This document shows positions 9,053 to 18,669 of a stretch of DNA of 35,803 nt, piece after piece; position 1 is the stretch's first letter; each line of letters starts with the position of its first letter. The notes under the pieces are model-generated. The model was not told the DNA's origin. It saw only the letters and a list, made by a program, of their open reading frames with translations, and searched no databases. Source of the DNA: a virus. Its lineage: Duplodnaviria; Heunggongvirae; Uroviricota; Caudoviricetes. Position numbers and translations under genes: made by a program. The DNA lies in IMG/VR virus record IMGVR_UViG_2548876858_000018; one strand, 5' to 3'.

Positions 9053-10726
9053 ATGGAAAAATATCAAGATGAGGAATATGTAGATGATTTAACTGAGCGT
9101 GTTTTTCTCATTAAGCAACAACTGGAAGCGGGAAAACTAAAAATAGCTCATCATCTTGTAGAAGGTTTTATTGAAAGTTTTAAAAGAATAAGGCTGCGAC
9201 AGGATGGTAAAGTTGACCCTTCTACTGTTGATGGCAGAATAAGGGCTATGGGAGCAGCGGTTAATCACTTTTTAGAAAGAGAAGATATAAAAAACAAATA
9301 CTCTATTCAGGACTTGCAAAGTTCTTACTTTAATATTCTTTTTAGTAATTTTGGCGAGTTGTTTTATCTGATGAAAAAAACTAATGCAACGCCACATAAA
9401 GCATCAAGTTTTTTTTCTCAACAAGAAGAATATGTTAAGCAAATAGAAGATATTTTTCCTGAGTTATATAATCAGGTAATAGAGTTTTGGCAGGTAACAT
9501 CCGATATTGGTGTAATACATTTGCAGGATGGTTCTCAGTTTAAAGCTAATTTTTCTGGTGACTTATTTCCTGCATTTGATGAGAATGCTGTCTCTATTGC
9601 AGGGTTGTATGTTGATACTATTTCACTTCCATGTCCTATATTAAGAGTCGGTCGTCTCTATGAAAAGTCAGATAAGGCTGAGTTTACAAGGATACTTCTG
9701 AAGCATGTCCTAACATGTATGACATATAAAGAAGTAGCGCTTGAAGATATAGAGCCAGCAATAGTATTAATTTTGCCGGATAGAAGAGATTTTGAAACTG
9801 AGAGCAAAAAAAATTTGATGAGTTTTTGTGAGCCTTATGCTCTGACTCATGCGCAATATCTCTATGATCGACGGTTCGAAAGCTACGATGAATTTCGAGA
9901 TTTTAGTTATTCGATGAATGATATTGATGCTGTTCTTAAAAATATTAAGAGAGCAGATAGACTTATTTTTGATACAGCATGGGGGCTAAATCCAAAAACT
10001 CAATTAGAAAAACTACTATCTGATAAAAAAAGAATATCACGTAATGTTGTTGGTGATCATGCTGGAATGGAGGTTTTCCTTTCCTGCATTGGAAGAATGC
10101 CGCAAGCCTATTCAGCAAAATGTAATGCACAAGAACTTGGTAGTACTCCATATATAAATGCAGACACATCTTGGCTCTATTATACTTGGCTTATTGAGTA
10201 CGAATCTCTTAATTTTGATGTCAATGATATTGAACTAAAAAATTTGCATATGGTTCATGCGTTATCTGCTGGTATGCAAGATGGTTTTTCATGGTTAGGA
10301 AATGTACCGGTCAATAAAATAATTGAGTTGAGACGTAACAAATTGATGGAGGATGTAAGATCCATCTTATCAAATGGTGTTGACTCTTTAATCAATTCTT
10401 CGGCAGAGAGCTTTTCGAGGACAACGCAAAAAGTAATTGATAATGTAGACCGGGCTTTTATTGAACATCAAAGGATTCTTGCAAAAGCCCAAAAAGAGAA
10501 ATTGAGAATTTACGGACTAGATGTCCTACCATGTATCGCAAATGGTGCTATAGCAATTGCTGGAGCGCTGACTGGCAATACTACTTTAACGGCGTTAAGT
10601 GCAGGCCTTGGAGTAATAGGTATTCCGAGTATTAGTGATATCAAATCTAAATTTAAGCAGAGGCAAGAGAAGCTTGATGCCTATCAACGTTCTGTTACAG
10701 GTATACTCTTTAGCCATAAATCTTAA
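9053..10726 (+). CDS. Hypothetical 557-aa protein, AT-rich cargo gene in the cos-to-portal variable slot; C-terminal glycine-rich hydrophobic segment
   Basis: Long ORF with RBS GGAG; markedly AT-rich; flanked by terminators; no Walker A or nuclease motif recognised. Confidence 0.6.
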   Translation: MEKYQDEEYVDDLTERVFLIKQQLEAGKLKIAHHLVEGFIESFKRIRLRQDGKVDPSTVDGRIRAMGAAVNHFLEREDIKNKYSIQDLQSSYFNILFSNFGELFYLMKKTNATPHKASSFFSQQEEYVKQIEDIFPELYNQVIEFWQVTSDIGVIHLQDGSQFKANFSGDLFPAFDENAVSIAGLYVDTISLPCPILRVGRLYEKSDKAEFTRILLKHVLTCMTYKEVALEDIEPAIVLILPDRRDFETESKKNLMSFCEPYALTHAQYLYDRRFESYDEFRDFSYSMNDIDAVLKNIKRADRLIFDTAWGLNPKTQLEKLLSDKKRISRNVVGDHAGMEVFLSCIGRMPQAYSAKCNAQELGSTPYINADTSWLYYTWLIEYESLNFDVNDIELKNLHMVHALSAGMQDGFSWLGNVPVNKIIELRRNKLMEDVRSILSNGVDSLINSSAESFSRTTQKVIDNVDRAFIEHQRILAKAQKEKLRIYGLDVLPCIANGAIAIAGALTGNTTLTALSAGLGVIGIPSISDIKSKFKQRQEKLDAYQRSVTGILFSHKS

Positions 10727-10731
10727 TGTAG

Positions 10732-10760
10732 AGGGCCGAGGTATTCGGCCCTTAGTTTTA
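10732..10760. terminator. Bidirectional rho-independent terminator between cargo gene and portal gene
   Basis: GGGCCGA-ggtat-TCGGCCC hairpin flanked by T-rich run on + and A-rich on other side. Confidence 0.5.
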
Positions 10761-11789
10761 TATGAAACTGTATGGCATGAATTTTATTATGTCATCTTTG
10801 AGCCATTTATTGAGTTCTTCTATTCTGTTTTGTAGCGGTATCAATTCATTACGCATAAAAACCTTACTAGCCTTCTCCACATCCCCAAATCCCCCAACAT
10901 TATTCGGCATTATCCCCATCATTTGCGGCGGCACTCGGTGTGCTGCCATCATGTCATCCCGGCTCACGTTCTTGATATTCAAAAATTCATCCTTTGCCGC
11001 GACTTCTGACAGAGGAATAATCTGAAGCCCGTCTTTTTTGCCGTTAGGCGAGTACATAAACAGGTTGCGGAAGTTGCCTGGACCTTTGGCGCTTTTCATC
11101 GCGTTACGGAGATTGTTTACATCTTCCTGGTTCTGCGCGGCGTCGGTCATGTACATGATGAAGCCTGCATGGCTGCCGTTGATGTAATACTTACGGCGGA
11201 ACAGCGTGGCGGACTCGTTGAGCAGGGCTGACGGAATGGCAGAAAGATAACCGGGCAGGCCGTAGATCTCCTGGTTGATATCTGGTTCCATCAGATGAAA
11301 AATGCTGCCTTTCGTGAACTGATACGGTTGCGTGGTCATACCGTATTGCACAAACCAGTAGGTATCCAGGTCTAACCCGCGTCGGGTATATTTTGCCAGG
11401 GCAGGCTCAAGAGCGATAATTTCACCGAACCGGTTCGTGCGTTTCTCCAGATAGGCGTTACCAAATACCAGATAGTCCTGCACAAAACGTGAAAAAGCCT
11501 GCTGGCTGAGCAGCGGGTGAGGGATGTAGGTGCTGGTCAGAATGTTGCACTTTACTGCAATCGGGGAACTATGATGAACGGCAGCGCGGAAGGTGCGCGC
11601 CAGTCCGTCAAAGCTGACGGGCGGCTCATACCAGCGGTCCATCTGTACGCATTCCACATAATCCAGCAGTTCTCGGCGGTCCAGAACAGGAACGGGATCG
11701 CCGAAGCTGAATGCTTCGGCTGTAGTTTGACTTTTAAGCTGGATCTGTTTCGTCGCCGCAGCGCGGTTCTTCTTACTCTTTCCCATCAA
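10758..11789 (-). CDS. Q: Portal protein (P2 gpQ family)
   Basis: 343 aa, size and position of P2 Q, adjacent and co-oriented with terminase P. Confidence 0.9.
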   Translation of the reverse strand: MMGKSKKNRAAATKQIQLKSQTTAEAFSFGDPVPVLDRRELLDYVECVQMDRWYEPPVSFDGLARTFRAAVHHSSPIAVKCNILTSTYIPHPLLSQQAFSRFVQDYLVFGNAYLEKRTNRFGEIIALEPALAKYTRRGLDLDTYWFVQYGMTTQPYQFTKGSIFHLMEPDINQEIYGLPGYLSAIPSALLNESATLFRRKYYINGSHAGFIMYMTDAAQNQEDVNNLRNAMKSAKGPGNFRNLFMYSPNGKKDGLQIIPLSEVAAKDEFLNIKNVSRDDMMAAHRVPPQMMGIMPNNVGGFGDVEKASKVFMRNELIPLQNRIEELNKWLKDDIIKFMPYSFI

Positions 11790-13552
11790 AAAAACTCCAC
11801 AATATTGCTGGTATTGGCGGATTCGCCCTGCAGCGGTTCGTTAAACAGTGCGTGCATCGTTGCCCAGGCCAGATCGGCGTGGCTGGCTTCTTCGCTGCGG
11901 CTGGCTTCATAGGTCGGGCGGTTGCCACTGGCGGTGGTGGCGCGACGGATTGCCATAAAGGACTGCGCTATGTCGGTGTGTCCGGCGTCAAACTCCAGAC
12001 GGCGGTGGCTGATAATGTCGTAGGCCTTGAGTACCAGGGCGTTTTTAACGTTGGGGTTGTAGACAAACTCCCGGACGGCAGGAAAAAACGCTTTCACGTT
12101 CTCGTAAACCCCGTGACCAACGCCGGTTGAGTCGATACCGATATAGGTCACGTTGTACTGTTCGGTCAGTTTTTTGATGGCGTCAGCCTGGGCGCGGAAG
12201 TCCATTCCGCGCCACTGGTGACGCTCAAGAATGCGGAACTTACCGCCCGGCACGGCTGGCGGCGCCACCACCACGCATCCGGCGCTGTCGCCGTTCTGCG
12301 TACCTTTCGCCGGGTCATATCCGATCCACACTTCGCGCCAGCCAAACGGGCGCAGGGCCAGTGCATGAAAGTCGGTCCAGACTTCCCAACTGTCCACCAT
12401 GCACGCCTGCAGCTCGCTGAGTGGGAACACAGACGCGAGATCGTCCACGAACTCACACATCAGCAGGTTCTGGTATTCGTCCGGGCTGTACTCCATGCGC
12501 AACTGGTCGAGGTCGAACAGGTTACAGCCGCCGCGCACCGCATCTTCCACAGTGACTATCTGGCGGTACTGCCCGTCTGCGCACAGCAGGCCGGGGGCCA
12601 GATTGCTGTGGGACAGGTCGATGTCCACCTTATCGGCTTTGTTGCGCCCTCGGTTGAACAGCGCACCGGACCAGAACGGATAAGCACTGTGTGTCAGGCT
12701 GGATGGCGTGGAAAAATAGGTTTGTCGCCATTTTTTGTGAATAGCCATACCGGAAGCCACTTTGCGCAGCTCCTGGAATTTCGGTATCCAGAAATATTCA
12801 TCCAGATACAGGTTGCCGTGGTAACTCTGGGCCGTGCGGGCATTGGTGCCGAGGAAGTACAGCGTGGCCCCGTTAGGAAGCACCATCGGATCGCCTTTCA
12901 GCTCCACCTCCACTTCTTTGGCGAAGTCGATGATGTACTGCTTAAAGACGTGGGCCTGAGCCTTGCTGGCGGAAAGGAAAATCTGGTTACGCCCGGTTAG
13001 CAGGGCGTCAATCAGGGCTTCACGGGCAAAATAGAAGGTCGCGCCGATCTGGCGTGACTTCAGCAGGTTGCGGATGCGGTTGGTTTTTCCGGCTTCCCAC
13101 CAGTGGCGCTGGTAGTTGAACATGGAGGAATGGAAGATTTCTTCCAGCTTCTCAATCTGTTCATCGGTGAAAACGTTCTTTTCCGGCTGACGGCGCGGGC
13201 CTTTGTTGCGGTTGGCGACGTTAGGGTTTAAGTCGGCTTCGTTGCCGCCATTGTTAAACTTGCCGATCCGCGCATGGCGCTCCGACTGGCGCGCCAGCAG
13301 GTCAATCTCTTTGAAATCTTTCCCTTCTTTGTGCTCCTTCATAATGAGCTGGCAGTAGCGTGCGGCGGTGGTGAGCTGCATCTGATCCAGCGGCCCATAG
13401 TCACCCCACTTGTCGCGTTTTTTCCAGCTGTGAACGGTTGCAACTTTCTCGCCCAGCATTTCAGCAATGCGGGCTACGCGGTATCCCTGAAAGTACAGCA
13501 GCATGGCCTGCCGACGGGGATCGAGATCTGCGGGTGTCAGTGTGGTGTTCAT
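11786..13552 (-). CDS. P: Terminase large (ATPase) subunit (P2 gpP family)
   Basis: 588 aa; size/position as P2 P; 4-bp overlap with Q. Confidence 0.9.
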   Translation of the reverse strand: MNTTLTPADLDPRRQAMLLYFQGYRVARIAEMLGEKVATVHSWKKRDKWGDYGPLDQMQLTTAARYCQLIMKEHKEGKDFKEIDLLARQSERHARIGKFNNGGNEADLNPNVANRNKGPRRQPEKNVFTDEQIEKLEEIFHSSMFNYQRHWWEAGKTNRIRNLLKSRQIGATFYFAREALIDALLTGRNQIFLSASKAQAHVFKQYIIDFAKEVEVELKGDPMVLPNGATLYFLGTNARTAQSYHGNLYLDEYFWIPKFQELRKVASGMAIHKKWRQTYFSTPSSLTHSAYPFWSGALFNRGRNKADKVDIDLSHSNLAPGLLCADGQYRQIVTVEDAVRGGCNLFDLDQLRMEYSPDEYQNLLMCEFVDDLASVFPLSELQACMVDSWEVWTDFHALALRPFGWREVWIGYDPAKGTQNGDSAGCVVVAPPAVPGGKFRILERHQWRGMDFRAQADAIKKLTEQYNVTYIGIDSTGVGHGVYENVKAFFPAVREFVYNPNVKNALVLKAYDIISHRRLEFDAGHTDIAQSFMAIRRATTASGNRPTYEASRSEEASHADLAWATMHALFNEPLQGESANTSNIVEFF

Positions 13553-13598
13553 GGCACAAACCTACAGCCTTGAATGAAGGCTTTCCCCGCCTGCGGTT

Positions 13599-13616
13599 TG
13601 TGTGGTTGTCGGTACA
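13599..13616. promoter_or_regulatory. Ogr-type late promoter activator site (TGT-N12-ACA) between divergent P and O genes
   Basis: TGTgtggttgtcggtACA in the P/O intergenic region. Confidence 0.5.
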
Positions 13617-13694
13617 AATACCGCGCATTGTTTCACTGCCCCCATCACCGCAACCATAAGGCTCCAGTAAGTTTTTTCTAACGGAGCACGGCTC

Positions 13695-14528
13695 ATGACA
13701 GTGAAAGCAAAGCGTTTTCGCATCGGGGTGGAAGGTGCCACCACCGACGGACGCGAAATCCAGCGTGAATGGCTGGAACAGATGGCAGCCAGCTACAACC
13801 CGGCGGTGTATACCGCGCTGATTAACCTTGAGCACATCAAGTCTTATCTGCCGGACAGCACCTTTAACCGCTACGGCAAGGTGACGGCGCTGTTTGCTGA
13901 AGAAATCACGGAAGGTCCGCTGGCAGGCAAGATGGCGCTGTATGCCGACGTTGAGCCAACGGAGTCCCTGGTGGAACTGGTGAAAAAAGGCCAGAAATTA
14001 TTCACCTCTATGGAAGTCAGCCCGAAGTTCGCTGATACGGGCAAAGCCTATCTGGTCGGCCTGGCTGCCACTGATGACCCTGCCAGTCTGGGTACGGAAA
14101 TGCTGACATTCAGCGCCAGTGCAGCCCATAACCCGCTGGCAAACCGCAAGCAGAATCCTGCCAATCTCTTTACCGCTGCAGAGGAAACGGTGATCGAACT
14201 GGAAGAAATCCAGGACGACAAACCGTCCCTGTTTGCCCGCGTCACGGCGCTGTTTACCAAAAAAGAGCAGTCCGATGACGCCCGGTTCTCTGATGTGCAT
14301 AAGGCCGTGGAGTTGGTCGCCACTGAGCAGCAGAACCTGAGCGCACGCACCGAAAAATCCCTGTCTGAGCAGGAAGAACGCCTGTCTGAGCTGGAGACTG
14401 CCCTGCAGGCACAGCAAACCGCCTTTAACGAACTGGTGGACAAGCTGAGTCATGAAGACAGTCGCCAGGACTACCGCCAGCGTGCAACAGGCGGTAACGC
14501 CCCCGCTGACACTCTGACCAATTGCTGA
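13695..14528 (+). CDS. O: Capsid scaffolding protein (P2 gpO family)
   Basis: 277 aa, order O-N-M-L, acidic coiled-coil C-terminal half. Confidence 0.85.
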   Translation: MTVKAKRFRIGVEGATTDGREIQREWLEQMAASYNPAVYTALINLEHIKSYLPDSTFNRYGKVTALFAEEITEGPLAGKMALYADVEPTESLVELVKKGQKLFTSMEVSPKFADTGKAYLVGLAATDDPASLGTEMLTFSASAAHNPLANRKQNPANLFTAAEETVIELEEIQDDKPSLFARVTALFTKKEQSDDARFSDVHKAVELVATEQQNLSARTEKSLSEQEERLSELETALQAQQTAFNELVDKLSHEDSRQDYRQRATGGNAPADTLTNC

Positions 14529-14544
14529 TGGAGCACAAAACCCG

Positions 14545-15603
14545 ATGAAGAAGAATACCCGCTTTGCTTTTAACGCTTACCTGCAGCAGCTGGCGCGTCT
14601 GAACGGTGTGGCAGTTGAAGAACTGTCCAGCAAGTTCACCGTGGAGCCGTCTGTGCAGCAGACGCTGGAAGACCAGATCCAGCAGTCCGCCGCATTCCTG
14701 ACGCTGATTAACGTCACGCCAGTGACTGAGCAGTCCGGTCAGCTGCTGGGGCTGGGAGTTGGCAGCACCATTGCCGGAACCACTGACACCACCGCGAAAG
14801 AGCGTGAACCTGTCGATCCGACGCTGATGGTCGATGTGGAATATAAATGCGAGCAGACCAACTTTGACACGGTGCTGACCTACGCGAAGCTGGACCTGTG
14901 GGCGAAGTTTCAGGATTTCCAGGTGCGCATCCGTGACGCCATCGTGAAACGTCAGGCTCTGGACCGCATCATGATCGGCTTTAACGGCGTGAAGCGTGCG
15001 AAAACCTCCAACCGTAGCGAAAACCCGCTGCTACAGGATGTGAACAAAGGCTGGCTGCAGAAAATCCGTGAAGATGCACCGGATCACGTCATGGGCAGCA
15101 CCACCACGGGCGGTGAAACCACACCGGGTGCGGTGAAAGTCGGGAAAGGTGGCGAATATGCCAACCTGGACGCCGTGGTGATGGATGCCGTCAATGAGCT
15201 TATCGATGTGGTCTACCAGGACGATGACGATCTGGTGGTGATTTGCGGTCGTGAACTGCTGTCTGACAAGTATTTCCCGCTGGTCAACAAAGAGCAGGAA
15301 AACAGTGAAAAACTGGCTGCCGATATGATCATCAGTCAGAAACGCATGGGTGGCCTGCAGGCCGTGCGTGCGCCGTTCTTCCCGCCGAATGCACTGCTGA
15401 TCACCCGTCTGGATAACCTGTCCATCTACTGGCAGGAAGACACCCGCCGCCGCTCAGTTATCGACAACCCGAAACGTGACCGGATTGAAAACTTTGAATC
15501 CGTTAACGAAGCCTATGTGGTTGAGGACTACCGCTGCGCCGCACTGGTGGAAAACATCCAGATTGGCGACTTCAGCGCCGCAGCAGCAGAAACCGGAGCG
15601 TAA
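14545..15603 (+). CDS. N: Major capsid protein (P2 gpN family)
   Basis: 352 aa, position after scaffold. Confidence 0.9.
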   Translation: MKKNTRFAFNAYLQQLARLNGVAVEELSSKFTVEPSVQQTLEDQIQQSAAFLTLINVTPVTEQSGQLLGLGVGSTIAGTTDTTAKEREPVDPTLMVDVEYKCEQTNFDTVLTYAKLDLWAKFQDFQVRIRDAIVKRQALDRIMIGFNGVKRAKTSNRSENPLLQDVNKGWLQKIREDAPDHVMGSTTTGGETTPGAVKVGKGGEYANLDAVVMDAVNELIDVVYQDDDDLVVICGRELLSDKYFPLVNKEQENSEKLAADMIISQKRMGGLQAVRAPFFPPNALLITRLDNLSIYWQEDTRRRSVIDNPKRDRIENFESVNEAYVVEDYRCAALVENIQIGDFSAAAAETGA

Positions 15604-15606
15604 TTC

Positions 15607-16257
15607 ATGAGCCTGAGTCCCGCACGGCAGCATCGCCTGCGCGTTCAGGCTGAACAGGCCGCCCGCGAGGGCGGCAGCGTTCGCCACGCGTCGGGCTATG
15701 ACCTGATGCTGCTGCAACTGGCGGAAGACCGCCGCCGTCTCAAGGGCGTTCAGTCCACGGTCAAAAAAGCGGAAATCAAGGTGGAGCTGCTGCCGAAGTA
15801 CGCCGCCTGGGCGGAGGGTGTCCTGGCTGCCGGAGGCGCTCAACAGGATGACGTGCTGATGTACGTGATGCTGTGGCGCATTGATGCCGGAGATTATGCC
15901 GGGGCGCTGGAGATCGGGCGTCACGCCCTGCGTCATGGCTGGGTGATGCCGTTAGGTAACCGCAACGTGCAGACCGTGCTGGCAGAGGAAATGGCAGATG
16001 CAGCCCAGAGCGCAATGCTTGCCGCCACCGGCTTTGATGCCGATCTGTTGCTGCAGACCCTGGAGCTGACAGACGGTATGGATATGCCGGACCAGTCACG
16101 GGCGCGTCTGCATAAAGCGATTGGCGCTGTCCTGAGTGAAAGCAATCCGGCGTCTGCCCTTAATCATCTCAACCATGCGTTACAGCTCGATCCCCGCTGT
16201 GGCGTGAAAAAAGACAAACAGCAGCTGGAGCGCAGACTGCGCAATGACAGCCGCTGA
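15607..16257 (+). CDS. M: Terminase small/endonuclease subunit (P2 gpM family)
   Basis: 216 aa; resembles P2 M (…RHAxxYxxMLxxLAxDxRxLK…, AQQDDxLMxVMLWRxDxGDxAGALEIxRxAL). Confidence 0.85.
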   Translation: MSLSPARQHRLRVQAEQAAREGGSVRHASGYDLMLLQLAEDRRRLKGVQSTVKKAEIKVELLPKYAAWAEGVLAAGGAQQDDVLMYVMLWRIDAGDYAGALEIGRHALRHGWVMPLGNRNVQTVLAEEMADAAQSAMLAATGFDADLLLQTLELTDGMDMPDQSRARLHKAIGAVLSESNPASALNHLNHALQLDPRCGVKKDKQQLERRLRNDSR

Positions 16258-16352
16258 CAGAACGTGCCCCCGCGCACGGGCGGCACGGGGTGGCGAAAGG
16301 CACTGCCACATCAAAACCCCGTCCACCGCCCTCTATTTCAGGAGAAAGCAGC

Positions 16353-16817
16353 ATGAAGTTTGTTGCGCCAGAACAGGCACCGGAACAGGCGGAAATCATC
16401 AGGAATACGCCGTTCTGGCCTGATGTGGACCTGTCGGAGTTTCGCAGTGTGATGCGCACTGACGGCACGGTGACGCAGCCGCGTTTAAAACAGGTTGCCC
16501 TGTCGGCAATTTCGGAGGTCAACGCAGAGCTGTATGAGTTTCGCAGACGCCAGCAGATGCTGGGGTATGCCTCGCTGGCAGAAGTCCCGGCGGAACAACT
16601 GGACGGCAAAAGCGAGCGCATTCAGCACTATTTCAACGCGGTTTACTGCTGGGCACGCGCCATGCTCAACGAACGTTACCAGGACTATGACGCCACGGCA
16701 TCCGGTGCGAAGCGAGGCGAGGAACTGGCGGAAGCAAGCGGTGATTTATGGCGTGACGCCCGCTGGGCCATCAGCCGGGTGCAGGATGCGCCGCACTGCA
16801 CAGTGGAGCTTATCTGA
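16353..16817 (+). CDS. L: Head completion/stabilisation protein (P2 gpL family)
   Basis: ATG 16353 with RBS GGAGAAAG; LRNTPFWP motif; ORF-track start at 16290 likely too far upstream. Confidence 0.8.
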   Translation: MKFVAPEQAPEQAEIIRNTPFWPDVDLSEFRSVMRTDGTVTQPRLKQVALSAISEVNAELYEFRRRQQMLGYASLAEVPAEQLDGKSERIQHYFNAVYCWARAMLNERYQDYDATASGAKRGEELAEASGDLWRDARWAISRVQDAPHCTVELI

Positions 16818-17020
16818 TGAAAGTGCGTGCGCATCAGTATGACACGGTGGACGCACTTTGCTGGCGTCATTACGGGCGCACGCAGGGTGTCACGGAGCAG
16901 GTACTGAAGGCAAATCCGGGGCTTGCCGAATACGGCCCCTTTTTACCTCACGGGCTGCAGGTGGAGCTGCCGGACATTCCGACAACCACCACCGTGCAGA
17001 CCGTCCAGCTATGGGACTGA
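16817..17020 (+). CDS. X: Tail protein X (P2 gpX family)
   Basis: 67 aa, same length as P2 X; overlaps L stop. Confidence 0.8.
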   Translation: MKVRAHQYDTVDALCWRHYGRTQGVTEQVLKANPGLAEYGPFLPHGLQVELPDIPTTTTVQTVQLWD

Positions 17021-17023
17021 ATT

Positions 17024-17239
17024 ATGACGCTTGAGCGAATCAGCGCCTTTATCACGTATTGCATCGCCGTCGTGCTGGCCTGGCTGGGCGATTTGTCCAT
17101 CAAGGATGCCTCAACGCTGGGCGGCCTGATGATCGGTGTGCTGATGCTGGCTATCAACTGGTACTACAAACACAAAGCCTACCAGCTTCTGCGCGACGGG
17201 CAGATCTCGCGGGAGGACTATGAATCCATCAATCGTTAA
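17024..17239 (+). CDS. Holin (small membrane protein)
   Basis: 71 aa, hydrophobic, immediately upstream of endolysin. Confidence 0.6.
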   Translation: MTLERISAFITYCIAVVLAWLGDLSIKDASTLGGLMIGVLMLAINWYYKHKAYQLLRDGQISREDYESINR

Positions 17240-17732
17240 ACGCTGCCTTGTCGGGGCCGTGCTGGCTATTGCTGCCACGCTGCCGGGTTTTCAGCAGCTT
17301 CACACCTCCATGGAAGGGCTGAAACTGATTGCCGATTACGAAGGTTGTCGTCTGCAGCCGTATCAGTGCAGCGCGGGTGTCTGGACCGACGGCATTGGTA
17401 ATACGTCGGGCGTCATTCCCGGCAAAACCATTACGGAGCGACAGGCAGCAGAAGGGCTGATCTCCAACGTGCTGCGTGTGGAGCGGGCGCTGGAAAGGTG
17501 TGTGAAGCAACAGCCGCCGCAGAAGGTGTATGACGCTGCGGTGTCGTTTGCCTTCAACGTGGGTACGGGCAATGCCTGCAGTTCCACGCTGGTGAAATTG
17601 CTCAATCAGCGGCGCTGGGCGGATGCGTGCCGACAGTTGCCGCGCTGGGTGTATGTAAAAGGTGTGTTTAATCAGGGGCTGGATAACCGCCGTGCGCGGG
17701 AGATGGCCTGGTGCTTACAGGGAGCAAACTGA
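17220..17732 (+). CDS. K: Endolysin (lysozyme-like; N-terminal hydrophobic segment suggests signal-anchor-release type)
   Basis: 170 aa; EGxxLxxYxC..GVWTDGIGNT lysozyme-type motif; N-terminal LVGAVLAIAATLPG. Confidence 0.8.
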   Translation: MNPSIVKRCLVGAVLAIAATLPGFQQLHTSMEGLKLIADYEGCRLQPYQCSAGVWTDGIGNTSGVIPGKTITERQAAEGLISNVLRVERALERCVKQQPPQKVYDAAVSFAFNVGTGNACSSTLVKLLNQRRWADACRQLPRWVYVKGVFNQGLDNRRAREMAWCLQGAN

Positions 17733-17733
17733 A

Positions 17734-18111
17734 ATGAAAAAGAAAGTAATCAGCGGGCTGTTTCTGATGTTATGGATAGCGCTGTTAATCGCCGCAATGG
17801 TGTATCCGCAGGGGATTTTTCCGGTACTGGCAGCATCTGGTGTCTGGGTAGCCTGTCTGCTGACATGGGCAGTAATTCCGGTATCACTGGCTGCGTTAAT
17901 TAAGAACGGCCCGCTCTGGCAGGAGTTGAGGGCATCTTTGCTGAAGACAATTACCCGAAAAGAAAACGTATTTATCAGCTGGATGATGCGATTGCTGATT
18001 GTCGTCAGTCTCGCCTGGACGGGGTGGGCTCTTACCCTGGTCTTTTATCTACTGACCGTTATTGCCTTCTGGAACACCCGTAATCAGATGGCGCAACAGG
18101 TAGCAGCATGA
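17734..18111 (+). CDS. lysA: LysA-like lysis-timing membrane protein
   Basis: ATG 17734; 4 predicted TM helices; position after endolysin as in P2. Confidence 0.55.
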   Translation: MKKKVISGLFLMLWIALLIAAMVYPQGIFPVLAASGVWVACLLTWAVIPVSLAALIKNGPLWQELRASLLKTITRKENVFISWMMRLLIVVSLAWTGWALTLVFYLLTVIAFWNTRNQMAQQVAA

Positions 18112-18536
18112 ACCGGTTGCTGCTGGTTGTGCTGGCGTTATTACTGGCGGCGCTGGGCTGGCAGACGTGGCGGCTGGCTGATGCCAGCCAGACCATCAGC
18201 ACGCAGGCAGATGAGCTGCAGAGCAAAAGCCAGGCACTGGCAAAGAGCAACAGCCAGCTTATCAGCCTGTCCATTCTGACAGAAACCAACAACCGGGAGC
18301 AGGCGCGACTCTATGCCGACGCAGAACAGACCAGCGCACTACTGAGACAACGACAACACCGGATTGAGGAACTGAAACGTGAGAACGAGGATTTACGCCG
18401 CTGGGCTGATACTCCTTTGCCTGCTGACATTATCCGGCTGCGGGAACGCCCCACACTCACCGGAGGTGCAGCTTACCGTCAGTGGTTGTCCGCGAGTGAC
18501 GCCGTGTCGGCTGGGGCAGGCAGCGCCGCGCACTAA
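18108..18536 (+). CDS. lysB: LysB i-spanin (Rz-like)
   Basis: N-terminal TM (LLLVVLALLLAALGW) followed by coiled-coil. Confidence 0.65.
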   Translation: MNRLLLVVLALLLAALGWQTWRLADASQTISTQADELQSKSQALAKSNSQLISLSILTETNNREQARLYADAEQTSALLRQRQHRIEELKRENEDLRRWADTPLPADIIRLRERPTLTGGAAYRQWLSASDAVSAGAGSAAH

Positions 18537-18669
18537 CGGTGACCTGAACGCGTTGCTGGATGAAACGGAGGCCGCCTGGGCGGTCTGTGCAGACAAAGTG
18601 GACATGATTATTGCGTGTCAGGAGCGAAACAGTGAACAAACCACAATCCCTGCGCCACGCCCTCAATAA
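18379..18669 (+). CDS. lysC: LysC o-spanin lipoprotein (Rz1-like), overlapping lysB in +1 frame
   Basis: GTG start; lipobox LSGC; Pro-rich; overlapped arrangement typical of spanin pairs. Confidence 0.6.
   Translation: MRTRIYAAGLILLCLLTLSGCGNAPHSPEVQLTVSGCPRVTPCRLGQAAPRTNGDLNALLDETEAAWAVCADKVDMIIACQERNSEQTTIPAPRPQ

Noticed and set aside
9053-10726. Possibility that the 557-aa cargo protein is a P2 Old or Tin homologue
   Set aside because: No Walker A/B ATPase motifs (Old) and size/composition unlike Tin as I recall; left as an unclassified candidate.
12218-13000. 260-aa ORF on + strand inside terminase gene P
   Set aside because: Antisense to a well-supported structural gene in GC-rich DNA; Arg/Ala/His-rich low-complexity translation typical of spurious antisense frames.
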